Below, in pieces: positions 1 to 11,193 of a stretch of 32,000 bases of DNA. Under the pieces are notes generated by a model that was not told where the DNA came from, did no database searches, and worked only from the letters and a program-made list of their open reading frames with translations. The DNA comes from Lentzea pudingi (GTDB lineage Bacteria > Actinomycetota > Actinomycetes > Mycobacteriales > Pseudonocardiaceae): assembly GCF_014646255.1 (NCBI RefSeq), contig NZ_BMNC01000001.1, positions 343,366 through 375,365 of the forward strand, read 5' to 3'. The position numbers and the translations under genes are program-made. Numbering within the stretch: position 1 is the first letter of the stretch; every line of letters begins with the position of its first letter.

Positions 1-1
1 G

Positions 2-970
2 CAGGTCCCGCAGAGTCTCGTGAGGCAGTTCGACCTGCGGCGCGGCGACCAGATCAGCGGTGAGGCCGAGGACGACCGGCTCGTCGGCGTCGACACGGTG
101 AACGGCAGCAAGCCGCACAAAAGGCCTCGGTTCGAGGACCTGACCCCGCTCTACCCCAACGAGAGGTTGCGGCTGGAGCACGATCCGGGGGAGCTGACCA
201 GTCGTGCGATAGACCTGGTCATGCCCGTCGGCAAGGGGCAGCGGGCGCTCGTCGTGGCGCCGCCCAAGGCCGGTAAGACCATTGTGCTGCAACAGATCGC
301 GCAGGCGATCGCCAAGAACCACCCCGAGGTCCACCTCATCGTCGCGCTCGTCGGTGAACGGCCGGAGGAGGTGACCGACATGCGCACCACCATTCCGGGC
401 GAGATGTTCACCTCCACCTTCGACGAGCATCCGAGCGAGCACATCCGCGTCGCGGAGCTTGCCGTCGAGCGGGCGAAGCGGCTGGTGGAGGACGGGCAGG
501 ACGTCGTGATCCTGCTCGACTCGCTGACGCGGCTCGGGCGGGCCTACAACCTCGCGCAGCCCAACGGCGGGCGCATTCTGAGCGGTGGCATCGACGCGAG
601 GGCGTTGACGCCGCCGAAGCAGTTCCTCGGTGCGGCGAGGAACATCGAGGACGGCGGCAGTCTCACGATCTTCGCCACCGCGCTCGTGGAGACCGGCTCG
701 CTGGCGGACACGGCCATCTTCGAGGAGCTCAAGAGCACCGGCAACGCCGAGCTCAAGCTCGATCGCAAGGCCGCCCAAAGGCGGATCTACCCCGCGATCG
801 ACCTCCAGCAGTCGAGCACTCGCAAGGCCGAACTGCTCGTCTCGCAACAGGAACTCGCCATCACGGACGCACTGCGCCGGGCCATGGCGGACCGCGACAT
901 CGACGTGATCGTCGACGGACTGCGCAAGACCCAGAGCAACGCGGAGTTCCTCCTGCAGATGTCGAGGTGA
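2..970 (+). CDS. rho: Transcription termination factor Rho, C-terminal ~322 aa (5' end lies outside the window)
   Basis: The frame is open to the left edge. It is colinear with E. coli Rho from the QIRRF-like segment onward. Motifs present: Walker [15 protein letters not shown], Walker [18 protein letters not shown]-loop LSGGID, R-loop [16 protein letters not shown] and the STRK region. TGA stop at 968-970. Confidence 0.9.
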   Translation, partial: QVPQSLVRQFDLRRGDQISGEAEDDRLVGVDTVNGSKPHKRPRFEDLTPLYPNERLRLEHDPGELTSRAIDLVMPVGKGQRALVVAPPKAGKTIVLQQIAQAIAKNHPEVHLIVALVGERPEEVTDMRTTIPGEMFTSTFDEHPSEHIRVAELAVERAKRLVEDGQDVVILLDSLTRLGRAYNLAQPNGGRILSGGIDARALTPPKQFLGAARNIEDGGSLTIFATALVETGSLADTAIFEELKSTGNAELKLDRKAAQRRIYPAIDLQQSSTRKAELLVSQQELAITDALRRAMADRDIDVIVDGLRKTQSNAEFLLQMSR

Positions 971-1003
971 CGTCCAGGACCCGTCGGTGGTTCACTGGCG
1001 CCG

Positions 1004-2137
1004 GTGAGTCTTCTCGAGGTCACGTGGACCGATCCGGCCACGCAGGCGCGCGGTTATCTCGTCATCGACCGGCTGGTGCGCGGGGTCAGCAGTGGGGGTC
1101 TGCGCATGCGCGCGGGCTGCACGCTCGACGAGGTTCGCGGGCTGGCCCGGGGGATGACCGCCAAGGAAGCCCTCAACTACGACCCCGCGGCGCGCTACGT
1201 GCCGCTTGGTGGTGCGAAGGGCGGGATCGACTTCGACCCCTACGACCCGCGGGCGAAGGACGTGCTCACGGCCTACCTGCACGCCATGTCGCCCTACGTC
1301 GAACGCTTCTGGACGATGGGCGAGGACCTGGGGCTGCGGCAGTCCACGATCGACGAGGTCATCGCGAAGATCGGGCTCCAGTCGTCCATCCAGGCCGTCT
1401 ACCCGCTGCTGGACGACGAGCAGAAGGCCCGCCAACGCCTCGCGGACGCGTTCCAAGTCACCGTTGACGGCGTGAGCCTCGACGAACTGGTCGGCGGCTA
1501 CGGCGTCGCCCAGGCGGCGCTGGCGGGGATTGAGTATCTCCACATCCACAACCCCACCGCGTTCGTGCAGGGGTTCGGGTCGATGGGCGGCGCCACCGCG
1601 CGCTACCTCGCCAAAGCAGGTGTCACGGTGGTGGGGCTCGCGGACGTCCACGGTGTCGTGGCCAACCCCGCTGGGCTCGACGTGGAAGCCCTTCTGCTGT
1701 CCCGGGACGAGCACGGTGCCATCGACAGGACGAGACTCCGTCCCGAGGACCGGCGACTCGAGCGCGACACCTGGCTCGACGTGGAGGCCGACGTCCTGGT
1801 CCCCGCCGCCACGAGCTACGCGATCAACGCCGGGAACGCGCACAGGGTCAGGGCGAAGCTGGTCGTCGAGGCGGCCAACATGCCGCTGACGGAAGACGCC
1901 GAGGTCCGAGCGTTGGTCATCCCGGACGTCGTCGCGAACTCCGCCACGAACTCCTGGTGGTGGTGGACCCTGTTCGGCGACATCGACGCCACGGCCGAGT
2001 CGGCGTTCGAGAAGATCGGCACGAACATGCGCCGGCTGGTCGACGAGATCATCGGCGAACCCTCACCGCGGGAAGCAGCGAAACGGCTCGCGGCCGCCTC
2101 GGTGAAGGAGATCGAACAGCGGTTCCCGCGACCGTAG
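1004..2137 (+). CDS. Glu/Leu/Phe/Val dehydrogenase family protein (377 aa)
   Basis: Catalytic-lysine motif PLGGAKGGIDFDP resembles the GDH motif GGGKGGSDFDP. Rossmann-like segment VQGFGSMGGATARYLAKAG. GTG start 33 nt after the rho stop. Confidence 0.8.
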   Translation: MSLLEVTWTDPATQARGYLVIDRLVRGVSSGGLRMRAGCTLDEVRGLARGMTAKEALNYDPAARYVPLGGAKGGIDFDPYDPRAKDVLTAYLHAMSPYVERFWTMGEDLGLRQSTIDEVIAKIGLQSSIQAVYPLLDDEQKARQRLADAFQVTVDGVSLDELVGGYGVAQAALAGIEYLHIHNPTAFVQGFGSMGGATARYLAKAGVTVVGLADVHGVVANPAGLDVEALLLSRDEHGAIDRTRLRPEDRRLERDTWLDVEADVLVPAATSYAINAGNAHRVRAKLVVEAANMPLTEDAEVRALVIPDVVANSATNSWWWWTLFGDIDATAESAFEKIGTNMRRLVDEIIGEPSPREAAKRLAAASVKEIEQRFPRP

Positions 2138-2146
2138 ACTCGCCTC

Positions 2147-2569
2147 ATGCCTGGCCTGGAGCACACCATCACGATCGCGGCCCCGCCGGAGCGCGTCTGG
2201 GCCGTGCTGATCGACGTCGAGCGCTGGCCGGAACGCATTCCGACGGTCGACTCCGTGGAACTCCTCACCGAAGGCCCGTTCGCGGTCGGCTCGCGAGCCC
2301 GCCTTCGGCAACCCAGGCTGCCCGAGGCGGTGTGGACGGTCACCGAGCTGACCCCCGGCACCTCCTACACCTGGGAGTCGAGGTCGCCGGGCGTCCTCGG
2401 CGTCGCGTCGCACGTCGTCGAACCCCACCCCGGCGGCACCCGCCTCACGCTCGCCGTGAACGTGTCCGGCCCGCTCGCCGGCATCGGCTGGCTCATGACG
2501 AGGTCCAAGGCCGAGCGGTACGTCGAGACCGAGGCCGCCTCGATCAAGAGCGTGGCCGAGCAGGACTAG
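2147..2569 (+). CDS. SRPBCC (polyketide cyclase/dehydrase-like, START fold) family protein
   Basis: 140 aa. The N-terminus TITIAAPPERVWAVLIDVERWPERIP is typical of Polyketide_cyc2/SRPBCC proteins. Its TAG stop shares a CTAG tetranucleotide with the stop of the convergent gene. Confidence 0.7.
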   Translation: MPGLEHTITIAAPPERVWAVLIDVERWPERIPTVDSVELLTEGPFAVGSRARLRQPRLPEAVWTVTELTPGTSYTWESRSPGVLGVASHVVEPHPGGTRLTLAVNVSGPLAGIGWLMTRSKAERYVETEAASIKSVAEQD

Positions 2570-3120
2570 AGCGGCCCCAGCAGCCACGCTCCCGGCCCGT
2601 CCGGGTCCTCCGAGAAGTAGTACGCCCGCAGCGCGGCCAGCAGGTCCTCGGTCCCGACCAACCCGTCCCCGTCGTGGTCGAGGCGGGCGTGCGCGGCCCG
2701 CGCGTCGGATTCGGACACGTTCATCAACGCGCGCGACCACAGCACGTGCTCCTCGATGCCGAGGCGGCCGTCGCCGTCGTGGTCGGCGACGGCCAGCAGC
2801 GCGTCGAGGTACGGCACGTAGACGTCGTCGAACGCCTCGGGACGTCCCAGCAGCCCGCGCACGAACGCCGACTTGTACTCGGACATGCTGATCCGCTCGT
2901 CGTCGTTCGTGTCCGTCATGGCGGCGAGGTGGCCCCACACGCTCAGCAGCTGCTCGTGGAACCGCTTCGCCCGCAGGTCGTCGTCGCTCAGACCGAACGC
3001 CTTGGTCAGCCGCGCGCTCGCCAGGTCGAAGTCGGAGCGCTCGACGTACCCGTCCTGGTCACTGTCGTAGGTTTCGAACCTGCGCGTGAGCCTGCGGTCC
3101 AGGAAAGGCGTGATCTTCAT
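2566..3120 (-). CDS. Calerythrin-like four-EF-hand calcium-binding protein (184 aa), copy A
   Basis: EF loops DSDQDGYVERSDF, DTNDDERISMSEY, DHDGDGRLGIEEH and DHDGDGLVGTEDL. Size and layout resemble Saccharopolyspora calerythrin and sarcoplasmic Ca-binding proteins. AGGGGG Shine-Dalgarno before the ATG at 3120. Confidence 0.85.
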   Translation of the reverse strand: MKITPFLDRRLTRRFETYDSDQDGYVERSDFDLASARLTKAFGLSDDDLRAKRFHEQLLSVWGHLAAMTDTNDDERISMSEYKSAFVRGLLGRPEAFDDVYVPYLDALLAVADHDGDGRLGIEEHVLWSRALMNVSESDARAAHARLDHDGDGLVGTEDLLAALRAYYFSEDPDGPGAWLLGPL

Positions 3121-3137
3121 GCCCCCTGTGTACCCCG

Positions 3138-5531
<2,394 letters not shown>

Positions 5532-5583
5532 GGCGCCAAACTAACTCGGGGACCTCGGCTCTGCCTTCTTGATTCCTGATTGG

Positions 5584-6300
5584 TTATGGACGAGTCCGGT
5601 AGTGGTAGGTGCACACCTCGCGGAACCCCGTCCGTTCGTACAGCCGGAACGCCGCGGAGTTCGCCTTTTCCATCTGCAGGTACATGTGGTTCGCCTCGCG
5701 CATCGCTGCCCACGAGGCCAGTGCGGCGAGCACGGACCGTGCCGCGCCCTGACCACGTGCGTGCGGGAGTGTGGCCATGCCGAACACCCCGGCCCACCCC
5801 TGCTCGGCCACCGCGCGTCCCACGGCCACCACCTGGCCGTCCACCTCGGCGTACGCGTAGGCCGACGGGTGCTCGACGCGGCTGAGCAGGTCGCGTTCGG
5901 CACTGACGTCGCGAGTGGTCACCGCCTGCCACGCCGCGAGCCACTCGTCGGTCGGCCGCGCCGCCACCTCGCCCGCGTCCGAGCGGGACTGGCGCAGCAC
6001 CTCGGCCGTCGACGCGATCTGCAGGGACATGTCATGACCCCGCGTGTAACCCCTGTCGCCCAACGTGTCGTCGAGATCGCTCGCGCACACCCCCGGCGTG
6101 ATCTGGAACCGCACCCCGGACCCGCGTTCGGCGCAGAACTCCTCGGCCCGCGACACCCGGTCCTCGCGGTCGTGCGGCAGCACGGCGCTCACCCACCAGG
6201 CGTCGCCGGGGGAGTGGCGCAACCACCAGCCGCCCGCCTCCTCGACGTGCGCGGCGGGCTGGGCGCGGGCCGCGTGCTCCTGCAGCGTTTTCAGCAGCAC
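5584..6300 (-). CDS. GNAT family N-acetyltransferase (238 aa)
   Basis: C-terminal acetyl-CoA motif A ATLPHARGQGAARSVL and FRLYERTGF. The GTG start lies 1 nt after the stop of the upstream EF-hand gene. Confidence 0.8.
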   Translation of the reverse strand: MLLKTLQEHAARAQPAAHVEEAGGWWLRHSPGDAWWVSAVLPHDREDRVSRAEEFCAERGSGVRFQITPGVCASDLDDTLGDRGYTRGHDMSLQIASTAEVLRQSRSDAGEVAARPTDEWLAAWQAVTTRDVSAERDLLSRVEHPSAYAYAEVDGQVVAVGRAVAEQGWAGVFGMATLPHARGQGAARSVLAALASWAAMREANHMYLQMEKANSAAFRLYERTGFREVCTYHYRTRP

Positions 6301-6301
6301 G

Positions 6302-6856
6302 TCAGTCCAACGACCCCAGCAGCCAGTTGCCGGCCTTCGCGGGATCCTCGGAGAAGTAGAACTCCCGGATCGCCGCCAGCAGCGCCTGTGTGGACAGCAG
6401 TCCGTCCTCGTCGGACAGCAGGTCGTGGATCCCGTGCGCGTCGCTCTCGGAGAGTCCCATCAACGCGCCGGTCCACCGGGCGTGCTCCTCGACCGTGAGC
6501 TTGCCGTCGCCGTCCTCGTCCGCGATCGCCATCACCGCGTCGAGGAACGGCACATAGCCCTCGTCGAACGACTCCGGCGTCTCCAGCAGCCCGTTCGCGA
6601 ACGCCGTGCGGTACTCGTCGAGGCTGATCCGCCCGTCGCGGTCCAGGTCGGCGACCGACGCCAGGTGCTCCCACAGTCCGGCCAGCATCCCCCGCAAGCG
6701 GACGGCCTTGGGATCGTCCTGCGCCAGCCCGAACGCCTTGGTGGCGCGCTCGCCGGCCTGGGTGAAGTCCTCCCGCTCGATGAACCCGTCGCCGTCGGTG
6801 TCGTACGTCCGGAACCGGCGTGTCAGCTTGCGGGCCAGGAAGGCGGTGATCTCCAC
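6302..6856 (-). CDS. Calerythrin-like EF-hand calcium-binding protein (184 aa), copy B
   Basis: Roughly half the residues match copy A by eye, and the length is identical. EF loops DTDGDGFIEREDF, DLDRDGRISLDEY and DEDGDGKLTVEEH. The fourth loop (SDEDGLLSTQAL) is degenerate. GTG start preceded by GAAGGAG. Confidence 0.85.
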   Translation of the reverse strand: MEITAFLARKLTRRFRTYDTDGDGFIEREDFTQAGERATKAFGLAQDDPKAVRLRGMLAGLWEHLASVADLDRDGRISLDEYRTAFANGLLETPESFDEGYVPFLDAVMAIADEDGDGKLTVEEHARWTGALMGLSESDAHGIHDLLSDEDGLLSTQALLAAIREFYFSEDPAKAGNWLLGSLD

Positions 6857-6915
6857 ACGCTCCTTCTACCCCATTCGGCTCCGGAGCGACACGACCGATC
6901 TCACCCGCCCGGTGC

Positions 6916-8979
6916 TCAGCGGCGCCCCAGCCCGGACAACGCGCCGGCGACGACCACCATGCCGATCATCCCGATGATCGCCGCCACACCGCCGACCGCC
7001 GGTTTCGACACCTGCTGGACGTGCGCGACCGGACGCGGGGGAGCCGGTGCGTCCGGAGCGGGCGGTTCGGGATCGGGCTGGGGCTGGGGCGGGGCGTTCA
7101 CCGACTCGATCCGGACGACCGCGCTCTCGCTGATGGCGCCACTCGCGCCCGCACCGGACACCGTCAGCCGGGAGTTCAGCGGGGCGGTGACCTGGCAGGT
7201 GTAGGTGACGCGTTCGCGAGGTCGCAACACCGGGAACGAGCGGCGGCACGCGGCGGGCTCGCCGCTCACCTCGACGTCGGAGATCGCCCGGTCGGAGGGG
7301 TTGCCGACGGTGACCGTGACGGTGACGACCTCGCCGTCCCGGGCGCGGTCCTTCGACCAGGCCACGCTGATCGACAGCCGCGGGTAGATCACCTTGACCT
7401 GCACGGACGCCGACGCCTCGACCTTGCCGCCGATCCTGTCGGCCGCCGTGACGGTCGCGGTCAGCGGACCGCTCTCGTCGCCGGCGGGCGCCGTGCAGTC
7501 CACCGTGGACGAGGCGCCGGGATCGAGCTGCCCCCTCATGGGGTCACATCCCCCACCCGCCCGCGCGACGAGGCTGTGCAGCGGGGTGTCGCCGGTGTTC
7601 GTGACGGTCGTCGTGAACTTGACGGCCTGGCCCGGCAGCGCGGTCATCTGTTCGGCCGTGGTGGTCGCGCGCAGTGCCGGGTGCAGCACGTCGACGGTCG
7701 ACGCCTTCTGCGCCGCGAGCGGATCGCCCGCGAGGCTCGTGCCGCTCACCGCGACCGTCGTGGGGTAGTCGTCGTCGGCCGCGGTCGACTCGCACGTCCG
7801 CGTCGCCGTGGCCTGCGCGGCGATCGTGCCGACCTGCTGGCGGCACACGGTCACGCCCGTCGCCGGCGCCTCCCCGGCGTTGGTGATCGTCGCGGTCTGG
7901 GAGACCTTGCCCCTGGCGTGGGCGGCCGGGTTCTCGGGGGTCACGGCGAGGGTGAGCTCCGGCAGCGGGAACGACCACGCCACGCTCTGGACGAGGAACG
8001 CGTCCTCCGCCCGTTTGAAGGCCAGTTCGGCGCTCTTGGTGCCGGGCTTGAGAGTGTCCGCGCCGATGGTCACCGTGCGCGCGTCGACGCTCATGTTGTT
8101 GGGGTGCGTAGCACCCTGTGCGGACGACACGAACGCGTTGCGCCCGCCGACCGCCGTGCCGTTGATCAGCATCTGGTCGCCGTCCGTGGCCCAGTCGCCC
8201 TCGTAGGCGGTGATGCCCACCCGGATGACCCCACCTGTGGGGTGCGTCGGCGCGATCGGCGTGGTCAGCACCGGCTTGTGGGTGGGGAGGCGGACATGAC
8301 CGCCGTGCACCGCGATGTGGCGCTTCGCGGGAGCGGCTTGGGTGGCGTTCGCGAACTTCCACACCACCGTCAGCGACCAGCCGCCGAAGCAGTCGAACCC
8401 CTGGGGCGCCCAGACGTTGCCGACCGTCACGATGCCGCTCGTCAACGCGCGGGTGACGTCGGCCTCGGCGCTGTAGAAGGCGCTGTCGGTGTGGGACAGC
8501 TCGCCGGGGGAGTCGATGACGAACTTCCCGGGGCTGACGCGGGCGCCGTTGAAGGTGATGGGGTCACGTGGGGTGCCGGATGGGGTTACACCGTCACGGC
8601 AGGTCACGCTGCCCGCCCAGCCGAGCTTGGCGTAGGCGACGGTCGCGCCGGGCGGGATGCCGAGCTGGGCACGGGAGGAGTTGAACGTCGCCGGATCGTC
8701 GTCGACGTCGGTCCACGACATGCGGTGGCCGTTGTTCAGCGCGGACACCCCGTGCCCCTTGCGGTTCAGAGCGTCCACACAGGACTGCGGGGGATACTTG
8801 GGGTGGGGCCCCGCCTGTTCGGGTGTCGGGCAGGTCAGCACGGAGTTGCCGACGACCGTGACGTCCCCGTACACCGCCTCGTCGAACTGGGTGTGCCACA
8901 CCTCGGCCGCGGCGACCGGCGGCCCCGGGGTCAGCAGCGGCACCAGCAGCACGACGGCGATGAGGATCGGTACACGCAT
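6916..8979 (-). CDS. Secreted, C-terminally membrane-anchored surface protein with three Cys-pair Ig-like (DUF11/CARDB-type) repeats
   Basis: Signal peptide MRVPILIAVVLLVPLLTPGPPVAAA, with GGAAGG upstream of the ATG at 8979 (the ORF is open up to 9036). Three repeats of the type TxTVTNxGxxP, each containing two Cys. Pro-rich stalk PPQPQPDPEPPAPDAPAPP, then a TM helix ending GLGRR. No LPXTG motif. Confidence 0.75.
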   Translation of the reverse strand: MRVPILIAVVLLVPLLTPGPPVAAAEVWHTQFDEAVYGDVTVVGNSVLTCPTPEQAGPHPKYPPQSCVDALNRKGHGVSALNNGHRMSWTDVDDDPATFNSSRAQLGIPPGATVAYAKLGWAGSVTCRDGVTPSGTPRDPITFNGARVSPGKFVIDSPGELSHTDSAFYSAEADVTRALTSGIVTVGNVWAPQGFDCFGGWSLTVVWKFANATQAAPAKRHIAVHGGHVRLPTHKPVLTTPIAPTHPTGGVIRVGITAYEGDWATDGDQMLINGTAVGGRNAFVSSAQGATHPNNMSVDARTVTIGADTLKPGTKSAELAFKRAEDAFLVQSVAWSFPLPELTLAVTPENPAAHARGKVSQTATITNAGEAPATGVTVCRQQVGTIAAQATATRTCESTAADDDYPTTVAVSGTSLAGDPLAAQKASTVDVLHPALRATTTAEQMTALPGQAVKFTTTVTNTGDTPLHSLVARAGGGCDPMRGQLDPGASSTVDCTAPAGDESGPLTATVTAADRIGGKVEASASVQVKVIYPRLSISVAWSKDRARDGEVVTVTVTVGNPSDRAISDVEVSGEPAACRRSFPVLRPRERVTYTCQVTAPLNSRLTVSGAGASGAISESAVVRIESVNAPPQPQPDPEPPAPDAPAPPRPVAHVQQVSKPAVGGVAAIIGMIGMVVVAGALSGLGRR

Positions 8980-9233
8980 GCCAGGCCTTCCGGTCGGGTC
9001 GGCGCACAGGGTGGCACGCTTCCCGGTGGTTGTCACCGCCCGTTGATCACCGCGTCCTCACTCTCCGTTGAGGACGGTCGAGGTCTGGTTTCCCCATTCG
9101 TGTCAACGGCTTCCGCGCTCGTGATCGAAGTGGACGAGCTGTGTTCCCGACCGGCCCGCCGTTGCTCTTGATGGGCGGGGAAGACCGCCGAGAAGCGTGG
9201 TGTTGGTGGTCAAACGGTGATCGCTGTGGGGAG

Positions 9234-10022
9234 ATGGAACCCATGTGGACCGGGCTAGTCGTCATCCTCGCGTCGGTGGTCGTCACGGCGGTCGCCCTGC
9301 TGCTGTTCGGGCGGTCCCGCGCCCACGACCAGGCCGACGACCGCGACGCGGACTCGCGTGGTTTCCTCGGCGCGGTGATCAGCGGCCTGTTCATCGTCGC
9401 GCTGGCCTTCTACATCGTGATCGTCTGGGAGGAGAGCGGCGCGGCCGAGGACAACGCGGGCCGCGAGGCCGCCTCCGTCGCCGACGTCTACTGGCAGACC
9501 GCCGTCATGCCGCGACCCCAGCGCGACACCATCCGCGCGCTGCTCACCGAGTACCCGAAACTGGTGGCGGGCAAGGAATGGCCGAAGCTGGCGGTCGGCG
9601 AGGCCGACGACACGACCACCGAGAACCTGCACGCCCTGCACACCGAGATCCTGTCGCTGCCCTCGTCACCGGACCAGGTCAAGAGCGCACGCGAACGCTC
9701 GCTGGAACGGCTGCGGGAGATCACCGACCTGCGGCGCGACCGGCTCGACTCGGCGGGCGGCCTCGACAACACCGGCAGGATCATGCTGATCGGGACCGTC
9801 GCGGGTGCCGTCGCGATGATCGTGTTCCCGATGCTGATCGGGTTCACGGCGCGCAGGCGGCACATCCTGCAGATGAGCCTCACGTCTGCCGTGCTGGCGT
9901 TCGTGTGCCTGCTGTGCCTGGGGATGACGCAGCCGTTCGACGGGTGGTTCCGGGTGTCGCCCGAGTCGTTCACGAGTCTGACGGAGGAGCTGGCCGGGAT
10001 ACCGGTGGAGGAGAACCGCTGA
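9234..10022 (+). CDS. DUF4239 (bestrophin-like) membrane protein
   Basis: N-terminal TM helix and two C-terminal TM helices flank a soluble helical region, the typical DUF4239 layout. The start is ATG 9234 or ATG 9243, with GGGGAG just upstream. The ORF-track start at 9141 is unlikely. Confidence 0.7.
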   Translation: MEPMWTGLVVILASVVVTAVALLLFGRSRAHDQADDRDADSRGFLGAVISGLFIVALAFYIVIVWEESGAAEDNAGREAASVADVYWQTAVMPRPQRDTIRALLTEYPKLVAGKEWPKLAVGEADDTTTENLHALHTEILSLPSSPDQVKSARERSLERLREITDLRRDRLDSAGGLDNTGRIMLIGTVAGAVAMIVFPMLIGFTARRRHILQMSLTSAVLAFVCLLCLGMTQPFDGWFRVSPESFTSLTEELAGIPVEENR

Positions 10023-10114
10023 AAGTCGTAGAACCCTTCTACGCCTGCTTCTTTCGAGTCAATTTGGATCCGAAATGATGGAGGAGGGGGGAGCGGCGGG
10101 ACTAATTTCTCGCC

Positions 10115-10869
10115 ATGCCCAAGAGAGTGTCCACTGTGCTGGGTCGCGAGTTCGGCGACAACCTCCGCACGTCGATCGCCCGCACCGGCCTGAAGGAGGC
10201 CGAGCTGGCGCGACGGCTCGGCTGGGAGCACGCCAAGCTGTCGGACCTGGTGAACGGCAAGGGCGGGACCTCCCTGGAGGAGTTCACCTACCTGCTGGGG
10301 ATGTGCCAGACCGCACCGGACGAGTTCAAGTACCTGAAAGCTGTACCTGGAATCGCGGACGAGAGGTTGGCTGCAGCTCCACGACTCGCCGGTGCCGCCA
10401 CGCCTTCGTCGAGGACAAGGACGTCGAAGCACTGGTCGCCGCTCGGATGGAGCGGCGGGAACTCGTCGAGAACGCCAAGCGGTTCGTCTTCTACGTGTAC
10501 GAACCGGTGTTGTACTCGACTGTCGGAACGCTCGACGTGTTGGCGGACCAGCTCCACGAGATCCTGCGCCTGATGATCCGTCCGTACATCAGCGTTCGGA
10601 TCGTTCCGGCCGGCCGGGCGTTGACAGGCGACTTCACCATGCTGTCGTTCGCGAAGTACGAACCGATGGCTTACGTCGAAGGCCTGAACTCGGCGCTGTT
10701 CCTCGATGACAGGGCCTCGATCGCGCTCTACGCGAAGGTGCTCGCGAGACTGGACGAGGTCGCGCTCGACGAAGACGCCTCACGGAGGTTGATCGATCGC
10801 GTTCTCACGCACGGATTCGACCCGGACGACCAGCTCGTGGAACTCCTCGGGCCTGCCGGAACGTGCTGA
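10115..10869 (+). pseudogene. Disrupted XRE-family HTH + DUF5753 regulator (WhiJ-like), read across three frames
   Basis: The HTH part (LKEAELARRLGWEHAKLSDLVNGKG) is in frame 2 up to about 10342. YLESRTRGWLQLHDSPVPPRL is in frame 3 (10344 to about 10405). The DUF5753-like C-terminus (VAARMERRELV...RPYISVRIVPAG...FLDD) is in frame 1 from about 10399 to the stop at 10869. About 30-40 codons appear to be missing at the second junction. Confidence 0.7.
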
Positions 10870-10873
10870 TCGC

Positions 10874-10912
10874 GCCGCCTGCTCCAGCCGGTCTCCCGGT
10901 GAAGCAGGCGGC
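10874..10912. terminator. Stem-loop between convergent genes (possible bidirectional terminator)
   Basis: Perfect 10-bp arms GCCGCCTGCT / AGCAGGCGGC around a 19-nt loop that can itself pair CCGG/CCGG. No U-tract follows. Confidence 0.35.
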
Positions 10913-10927
10913 CGGTCACCGCGGTGA

Positions 10928-11122
10928 TCAGTAGTTGCGGTTGGGCATGATCACCCAAAGCACGATGTAGACGACGAACTGCGGTCCCGGCAGAAGGCAG
11001 GACAGCAGGAACAGAAGGCGCACGGTGCCCGCCTTCATCCCCCAGCGCTGGGCGAGCCCCGCGCAGACACCCGCGATCATCCGGTTGGTCCTGGGCCTGC
11101 TCAAAGCAACTGTCGTGGTCAT
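10928..11122 (-). CDS. PspC-domain small membrane protein (64 aa)
   Basis: MTTTVALSRPRTNRMIAGVCAGLAQRWGM..VRLLF matches the PspC domain signature, followed by one TM helix. The ATG is at 11122; the longer ORF in the track overlaps the TetR gene in another frame. Confidence 0.8.
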   Translation of the reverse strand: MTTTVALSRPRTNRMIAGVCAGLAQRWGMKAGTVRLLFLLSCLLPGPQFVVYIVLWVIMPNRNY

Positions 11123-11193
11123 GTACCCAGGATGCCCACTACGCGCGGTTTGTTGCATCGGGACGAACCCTGATTTGACCCGGATGAGCCACG

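Noticed and set aside
2566-2569. A CTAG tetranucleotide shared as overlapping stop codons by the convergent SRPBCC and EF-hand genes.
   Set aside because: The overlap is real but trivial. A 4-nt convergent overlap at a palindromic stop has no evident regulatory meaning.
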